Assembly: GCA_045617985.1 (NCBI GenBank)
Contig: JAZLJP010000118.1
Location: forward strand, 25,087-89,086
Reading direction: 5' to 3'
Length of the DNA stretch: 64,000 bases
Source of the DNA: Kiritimatiellia bacterium
GTDB taxonomy: Bacteria; Verrucomicrobiota; Kiritimatiellia; RFP12; UBA1067
The notes under the pieces are model-generated. The model was not told the DNA's origin, ran no database searches, and was given only the letters and a program-made list of their open reading frames with translations. Both the position numbers and the translations under genes were made by a program. Shown here one piece after another: positions 58,223 to 64,000 of this stretch (the stretch's first letter is position 1; the number at the start of each line of letters is the position of its first letter).

Positions 58223-59602
58223 TTATGAAATCTCCGCCTCGAAATCGAACCCCTTCACGGTCGTAATCCGCACGGTGACGAAGGTTCCGATCGGCGGCAG
58301 CAGTTGACGCACAGGCTTCTTGAGGAAGACGACGCCATCGACCTCCGGCGCCTGGCTTTCAAGGCGCGCGACACCGGGCGCCACCACGAGCGCGGGGTAC
58401 AAGCCCCCCACAAACGTCTTCGCCTTCGCCGCCCACACGCGGCGCTGGGCGCTCATCACCGCCTTCTCGCGCTCAGCGGCCTCCTTCGCGGTCGGCCGCC
58501 TCGGCAGCTTCTCCGCAGGCGTGCCCTCTTCGGGCGAAAAGGCGAACGCGCCGAGGTGGTCGAACTTCATCGCCTTCACGTCGCCAAGCAGTTTCTCGAA
58601 CGCGGCCTGCGTCTCCCCCGGGAATCCCGTCATCACCGTCGTACGCAAAGTGACGCCCGGCACCGCCGCGCGCAGGCGCTCCGCCGCCGTTTGCGTGGCC
58701 TTCACGGCCGCCCCGCGCGCCATCGCCTTCAGAACCGCCGCATCCGTATGCTGGAGCGGCACGTCGATGTACTTCACCGCATGCCGCGACGTGTTGAGCC
58801 AGTTGAGGTACGCGCTCGTGATCTCGCTCGGATAGGAATAGAGAACGCGAATCCAGAAGTCGCCCGGCAGGCGGTCAAGCGCCTCGAGGAGCGTGACGAG
58901 CGTCACGCGCACGGGCCCCTTCTTCGTTTCCTTCGCGGGCAGATCGACGCCATAGAGCATCGGATCCTGGGCGACGACGTTCAGCTCCCTCACGCCCGTT
59001 GCGAGAAGCGCCTTCGCCTCTTTCACGATCGCCGCGAGCGCGCGCGACCGATACTTGCCGCGAATGCCGGGAATCGCGCAGTAGGCGCAGCGATGCGCAC
59101 ATCCTTCCGCGATCTTGAGATAGGCAAACGCCGCCCCGGTGAAACGCAAGGCCGGTTCGGGGGGATCGAAGACGCGCCGCGGCGTTCCCTTCGGCACTTC
59201 ATAGACGATACCGCCGCTCGCCGCATTCGCGAGCGCCGTCTTCACCACGGCAACGATCGAATCGAGCGCATCGATGCCCACCCAGGCATCCACCTCGGGA
59301 AACGTCTCCGGGAGACGCTTTGCATAGCGCTGGGCGAAGCAGCCCGCCACAACGACGACGCGGCAGGCGCCGGCGGCCTTGAGGTCGCAGGCGCGCAGGA
59401 TTTCCTCCGCCGCCTCTTCACGCGCCGCTTGAATGAAGGCGCAGGTGTTGACGAGCATCACGTCCGCCCGATCCGGATCGCCCGAGAGCGTAAACCCGGC
59501 CTTGAGGAGATGCCCCGTCATCACCTGGAGATCGACCGCGTTCTTCGCACAGCCAAGGGAAACGAGGCCGATCGTAGCAGATGTCGTTTTCTTCGCTTTC
59601 AT
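58223..59602 (-). CDS. rimO: ribosomal protein S12 methylthiotransferase
   Basis: MTTase N-domain Cys (LGCAKN...NTCAF...). Radical-SAM CAHRCAYC. C-terminal TRAM domain. Confidence 0.85.
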   Translation of the reverse strand: MKAKKTTSATIGLVSLGCAKNAVDLQVMTGHLLKAGFTLSGDPDRADVMLVNTCAFIQAAREEAAEEILRACDLKAAGACRVVVVAGCFAQRYAKRLPETFPEVDAWVGIDALDSIVAVVKTALANAASGGIVYEVPKGTPRRVFDPPEPALRFTGAAFAYLKIAEGCAHRCAYCAIPGIRGKYRSRALAAIVKEAKALLATGVRELNVVAQDPMLYGVDLPAKETKKGPVRVTLVTLLEALDRLPGDFWIRVLYSYPSEITSAYLNWLNTSRHAVKYIDVPLQHTDAAVLKAMARGAAVKATQTAAERLRAAVPGVTLRTTVMTGFPGETQAAFEKLLGDVKAMKFDHLGAFAFSPEEGTPAEKLPRRPTAKEAAEREKAVMSAQRRVWAAKAKTFVGGLYPALVVAPGVARLESQAPEVDGVVFLKKPVRQLLPPIGTFVTVRITTVKGFDFEAEIS

Positions 59603-60381
59603 CGTTTCGTCTCCGGCAGCACTTCAGGCGTGTAGGAGCGTAGAATCGACGAGGGATTCACGCGAATCTGGTCGGCGAAATCACGAAGCGAATTCGAGGC
59701 GTCGCGCACGTTCTGCACGATTTCGGAAATGCCGCCCTGCTCGCCCGTGAGCACCGTGTTGAAATTCTCGAGCGTGACATTCGCGCTGCGCGCGATGCTC
59801 AGGAGGTTGCTGTAGGCCGCGCAGAAATCCATCTTGTTCAGCTGGTTGAGAATCTGCTTCGCGGAATCCTCGGCGCTCTGCAGAATCGACGGCGCCGGCG
59901 GAATGAGCGGATGCTCCGGCCGCCAAGACGGCTTCTCCTCCGTAAGCTCGCCCTTCGGGAAGTTGAGCTCGATGCGGGATAGCCCCGTCACGCCCGAGGC
60001 GGCAACCGTGGCATGAAGGCCGTGATGCACCATGTCTTCGATCACCTGGCGCGGCTTGCGCGACGAATTGATGTTGAAAAGCCGCGTATCGAAGGCCATC
60101 TCCACGTAGATCTTCTGCCGGTCGAGCGGATCGGCCCCGTCGCCATACTCGGCGCCGATGAAGGAAATCTTCCGCACGGCCCCCACGCGCACGCCGCGGA
60201 AGTTGACGGAACTGCCCACGTCGAGCCCCGAAACGGGATCGGAGAAGAACGTTTCGCCCAGGAACTCGTGCTGCTTCGAACCCATGCCGCCGAGATAGAC
60301 GAGCGCGCCCACGATGAGGGCGAACCCCACAAGGATGAAAAAACCGATTTTGGCGTAGCTCGCCTGCGAAGAATTGGCCAT
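59599..60381 (-). CDS. mlaD: MlaD/MCE-family substrate-binding protein
   Basis: Start MANSSQASYAKIGFFILVGFALIVGAL (anchor) at 60381. MCE domain (VNFRGVRVGAV). Confidence 0.75.
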   Translation of the reverse strand: MANSSQASYAKIGFFILVGFALIVGALVYLGGMGSKQHEFLGETFFSDPVSGLDVGSSVNFRGVRVGAVRKISFIGAEYGDGADPLDRQKIYVEMAFDTRLFNINSSRKPRQVIEDMVHHGLHATVAASGVTGLSRIELNFPKGELTEEKPSWRPEHPLIPPAPSILQSAEDSAKQILNQLNKMDFCAAYSNLLSIARSANVTLENFNTVLTGEQGGISEIVQNVRDASNSLRDFADQIRVNPSSILRSYTPEVLPETKR

Positions 60382-60382
60382 G

Positions 60383-61129
60383 TCACTCTCTCCCACGATT
60401 GAAGAAACGGCGAACGAACGGGTCCGCCGAGGTATCGCGCAGTTCGGCGGGTTTGCCGAGCGCGACCATCGCGTGCCGCGCGCGATCGAACATCGCACAG
60501 CGGTCGGCGATTTTGAAAATGCTGGGCAGTTCGTGCGTCACCACCACGAACGTCACGCCCCGCGTATCGCGAAGGCGCAGAATCAGATCGTCAAGCGCGG
60601 CGGAGGTGAGCGGATCGAGCCCGGCGCTCGGTTCGTCGAGGAACAGAATCGACGGCTCCAGGGCCATCGCGCGGGCGATCGCCGCGCGCTTCTTCATGCC
60701 GCCGGAGAGGTCGGCCGGCATCTTATCCGCCGCCTCCTTGAGCCCCACGAGATCAAGCTGCATCAACGCGAGCGTACGGCGCATCGGCAGGGGAAGGCGC
60801 GTGAACTCTTCGAGCGGCAGCATCACGTTTTCGAGCACGGTCATCGACCCGAAGAGCGCGCCGCTCTGGTACATTACGCCGATGCGGCGCAGGATCTGCG
60901 GCCGATTGGCCTCGTTCATTTCAAGGCCGTCCACCGTAATCTTGCCGGCGAGGGCGGGGTTGAGCCCGATGAGATGCTTCATCATCGTGGACTTTCCGCA
61001 GCCCGAACCGCCGAGGAGCGCGAACACTTCGCCCGGCGCGATCGAAAGGTTCACGTCCGCCAAAACCCGCACCCCGGGATAGCCGGCGTCGAGATGCTCC
61101 ACTTCGATGATGTTCTTCGTCTCGCTCAT
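60383..61129 (-). CDS. mlaF: Mla-type ABC transporter ATP-binding protein
   Basis: Walker A GGSGCGKST, signature LSGGMKKRAAIARA, Walker B ILFLDEPSAGLDP. Confidence 0.8.
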   Translation of the reverse strand: MSETKNIIEVEHLDAGYPGVRVLADVNLSIAPGEVFALLGGSGCGKSTMMKHLIGLNPALAGKITVDGLEMNEANRPQILRRIGVMYQSGALFGSMTVLENVMLPLEEFTRLPLPMRRTLALMQLDLVGLKEAADKMPADLSGGMKKRAAIARAMALEPSILFLDEPSAGLDPLTSAALDDLILRLRDTRGVTFVVVTHELPSIFKIADRCAMFDRARHAMVALGKPAELRDTSADPFVRRFFNRGRE

Positions 61130-62586
61130 CGGCCGCCCTTGAAGTCGAGAAGATGGCCGAGGATGCTCCTGAGGCCGCGATAGTAGAAGCCGAAATCAAA
61201 AAGCGTACGCAGCGAGAAGAGCCGGCGGAGAAGCGCTTCGGGCTGGAAGAAGCCCGCATAGACGCGCCGCACGGCCGCCTTGATGTCCGCTTCGGTGACG
61301 AGCGGCGTCTTCGTGATCTGGCGGCGCATGTCGTACTCGTCCCAGTCAAGCGTCGTGAGGCCACCCGCCGCCTTCAAGTCGCGGAAGAGGGGCGTACCGG
61401 GGTAGGGAATCGTCATCGTGCACTGGAGGGTCGAGGCCCACCCCTTCGCGAGCATCCGGCGCGCGAGGCACACGGTGCGCTCGATCTCCGCCGGGCCCTC
61501 CCAGGCGTGGCCGAACATGAACGTGAGGTGCACGTCGAGCCCGGCACGGTGCGCCCATGCGGCGCCCTGCACCACGTCCTCGACCTTGAGCGCCTTCACG
61601 AAGCGGTCGAGCGTCGCCTGGTTCGCGGATTCAACGCCGAAGAGAACGAGGCGGAACCCGGCGCGCCGCATCAGCTTGTAGTCTTCAAAGGCGAGGCGCC
61701 CGAAACGCATGTTGCAGTCGATGCGCAGTTTTTTCGGATAGCCGCGCCGGATCATCTCGTTGCAGAACGTGCGCATCCACTCGCCCACGGGGAACGAGCC
61801 CGAGTCGTCCATGATCTCCTTCACGCCGTAGCGTTCGATCAAGTCGCCGATTTCGTTCACCACGTCGATCGGGTCGCGCGTGCGGTAGGTGGGGTAGAGC
61901 GTCGTCCAACTGCAGAACGTGCACTTCGCGTGCCAGCAGTCGCGCCCCGACATGATGTACGTGCCGGGCGTCTTGCGGAAGTTGCCGTTCTTGCAGGCGT
62001 AGAGCTTCCAATGGCAAAGGTCGCGGTCGATCCACGGGGTCGTCTTCAAATCATGGTCGAGCTTGAAGCGGCCCGTATTGCCGCCGCGATACCAGATGCC
62101 GGCTTCGAACGAAGCGGGATCGAAGGCGCTCGCAACGAGGTTCATCAAGAGGAAGTCCCAGTCGCCGCCCGTGAGCACGTAGTCGACCGCGCACCGCTCC
62201 ATCGTTTCGTCGGGGAGCGCCGTTACGTGGTCGCCCACAAGCGCCACTTTCACGTTCGCGCCGTCAAGGCCCGCAAGGCGGTTCGCCTTGAAATCGTCAA
62301 TCCATTTCCAATGGCGTTTGACGACGGGCGTTTTCGTTTCGAGCACCACGAGGTCGGGCCCGAAGGCCGCGAGATGCGCATTGAACTCGGCCGGCGTCCA
62401 CTCTTCCGCAATGCCATCGAGCCACGCCACCTCATGCCCCGCCTTTTTCAGCATCGTCGCCGCAGTTGCCGGCACGACGGGGAAAATATAGGTGGGCCGC
62501 GAGAACCATTGGAACTGGCGGTTTTGCGAGAGGAGCGGCACGCCCTTCTCGCTCGGAAGCGGCGGATAGCAGATGGCGATTTTCAT
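61126..62586 (-). CDS. B12-binding-domain radical SAM protein (HpnJ/BchE-like class B)
   Basis: Start MKIAICYPPLPSEKG (N-terminal B12-binding Rossmann). CWHAKCTFC Cys cluster. Stop overlaps the mlaF start by 4 nt. Confidence 0.7.
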   Translation of the reverse strand: MKIAICYPPLPSEKGVPLLSQNRQFQWFSRPTYIFPVVPATAATMLKKAGHEVAWLDGIAEEWTPAEFNAHLAAFGPDLVVLETKTPVVKRHWKWIDDFKANRLAGLDGANVKVALVGDHVTALPDETMERCAVDYVLTGGDWDFLLMNLVASAFDPASFEAGIWYRGGNTGRFKLDHDLKTTPWIDRDLCHWKLYACKNGNFRKTPGTYIMSGRDCWHAKCTFCSWTTLYPTYRTRDPIDVVNEIGDLIERYGVKEIMDDSGSFPVGEWMRTFCNEMIRRGYPKKLRIDCNMRFGRLAFEDYKLMRRAGFRLVLFGVESANQATLDRFVKALKVEDVVQGAAWAHRAGLDVHLTFMFGHAWEGPAEIERTVCLARRMLAKGWASTLQCTMTIPYPGTPLFRDLKAAGGLTTLDWDEYDMRRQITKTPLVTEADIKAAVRRVYAGFFQPEALLRRLFSLRTLFDFGFYYRGLRSILGHLLDFKGGR

Positions 62587-62649
62587 GGGATCGGGAACTT
62601 GGAGGTCGATGGACGCTGGGGGAATCGACACCCCAAGTATAACAAACGG

Positions 62650-62700
62650 GTGTTAGGCGGGGATGAGACCGACTTGCGTTTTCATCCCGGGGCCTAACAC
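62650..62700 (-). terminator. candidate intrinsic terminator downstream of the DUF481 gene
   Basis: GTGTTAGGC...GCCTAACAC outer stem (9 bp) plus an inner 7-bp stem (GGGATGA/TCATCCC). Followed on the reverse strand by CCGTTTGTT. Confidence 0.35.
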
Positions 62701-62741
62701 CGGTCATTTCCTTACGAGAGGTCGCCCTCCCGAGAGGAAGC

Positions 62742-63761
62742 TTACCACTTGTAGCCGAGGCCGAGGGTATAGCGGAAGTCGCTCTTCTTCGTGTGCTCGC
62801 CCGGATTGGAGTTGTAGTCCCACTCCACCTTGCCGAGAAGCTGCCACGCCTTGGTAAGCTCGTAGGTGAAGCCCGCGTCGGCGTCGATGAGGTACGTTTC
62901 CGCCCAGTCGGCCACATCAGGCAGATATTCGAGGTTGTGGGTGAAGGCCAGCTTGTCGGCCCAGCGCGGCGCCCACGTGAGGTGGTGGGCATAGCGGAAC
63001 GCGCAACGGTCGTCATCCGTCTCGTGTTCGTACTTCTCCTTGATGTAGGTCAAGCCGGCTTCCTGGTTGAAGCTCCACTTGCCGGTGGCGTCATGCGTGT
63101 AGCCGTCGAGCCACTGGTAGCCAAGGCCGGTACCCACGCGGTAACGGTACATCAGGTCGTTGATGCCGTCACGCTCGTACTTGCCGTTCAGGTAGGAGTA
63201 GACCTTCGTCACCCAGAAGTGGTCGTACTGCGCGCCGAGCTCGATGCGGTCGTCCGTCTTCTTCTTGTTGTTGCGGTCCGTACCCGTCTGTTCGAAGTAG
63301 TAGGCGCCGTTGCCCACGAAACGATCCTTATCCCAGCGCCGGTTGATATCGCCGAGCACCGCCACCTTCTCGCTGCGCGTATTGCCGCGCGCCATCGCGC
63401 CGGAGAAGTTGAGCGCGCCATGCCACTCTTCCTTCTCGGGGTTGACCGCCTTGACCTTCTTCATGTCGAGGGGCTTGTTGTCGGCCGTATAGGCGCCATC
63501 CTTCTTCGCGACCTTGCCTTCCTGGATGGAACGATCTTCGAACTGGATCTGGGCGGTTTCCTTCGTTTCCATCGAAACGATGTTCGCTTCCTTGATCTTG
63601 AGTTCGCCCAGTTCTTCGCTCTTGAAGAGGACTTCGCCGCCGGCGATGCGCACGACTTCACCCTCAAGACGGGTGTTGCTCTTCAAAACGAGCGTATCGG
63701 CCGAAGCGGCCAAGGCACACGACGCGGCAACGAGAAACGCCGCAGTTGTTTTCATAGACAT
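62742..63761 (-). CDS. DUF481-family outer-membrane beta-barrel protein (YdiY-like)
   Basis: 339 aa with a signal peptide. Alternating amphipathic beta strands. C-terminal ...YTLGLGYKW aromatic terminus typical of OM barrels. Confidence 0.65.
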   Translation of the reverse strand: MSMKTTAAFLVAASCALAASADTLVLKSNTRLEGEVVRIAGGEVLFKSEELGELKIKEANIVSMETKETAQIQFEDRSIQEGKVAKKDGAYTADNKPLDMKKVKAVNPEKEEWHGALNFSGAMARGNTRSEKVAVLGDINRRWDKDRFVGNGAYYFEQTGTDRNNKKKTDDRIELGAQYDHFWVTKVYSYLNGKYERDGINDLMYRYRVGTGLGYQWLDGYTHDATGKWSFNQEAGLTYIKEKYEHETDDDRCAFRYAHHLTWAPRWADKLAFTHNLEYLPDVADWAETYLIDADAGFTYELTKAWQLLGKVEWDYNSNPGEHTKKSDFRYTLGLGYKW

Positions 63762-63793
63762 GTTGACTAAAACCTTTCTTGGTTGGTAAGTGA

Positions 63794-64000
<207 letters not shown>

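Overview
This is a high-GC (~65%) bacterial chromosomal segment, almost entirely coding and mostly on the minus strand. Gene content suggests a PVC-superphylum-like, glycan-degrading Gram-negative: autotransporter-associated beta-strand repeat giant protein, many secreted glycoside hydrolases and esterases, regulatory HPr/HprK/PtsI, sigma-54 activator. Cores I recognise: lptC-lptA-lptB-hpf-hprK-ptsH-ptsI, kdsA, waaA, gyrB, rimO, mlaF/mlaD, fabH/fabF/fabZ, recJ, recO, recQ, queF, a fused precorrin-2-dehydrogenase/glutamyl-tRNA reductase, 6-phosphogluconolactonase. Most interesting to me: (1) a tightly coupled seven-gene minus-strand operon (14699 down to 6720) joining a VTC/CYTH-like polyphosphate-polymerase-domain protein and its DUF4956 membrane partner to an HlyD-family fusion protein and a TolC-like outer-membrane factor, plus a secreted beta-helix protein, a nucleoside hydrolase and an unknown 317-aa protein, with no ABC/RND pump. 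(2) A ~2.9 kb low-GC (~48%) island at 31.27-34.15 kb carrying four small unknown membrane/secreted proteins and an inverted-repeat-flanked non-coding element, wedged between recQ and a GH36 alpha-galactosidase. (3) A 330-bp divergent intergenic region (35.75-36.08 kb) built from five copies of a 13-bp palindrome (GGGGAC[A/T]GTCCCC) in two tandem arrays flanking a perfect 31-nt palindrome. (4) A histidine kinase / sigma-54 activator pair followed by a secreted CxxCxGxG zinc-finger-like protein translationally coupled (TAATG) to a Ser/Thr kinase. I also see a recurring extended -10 promoter TGGTATAAT, in three cases only 6-9 nt from the start codon. I found no rRNA, tRNA or CRISPR. Most long plus-strand ORFs in the track are Arg-rich antisense artefacts of high GC.
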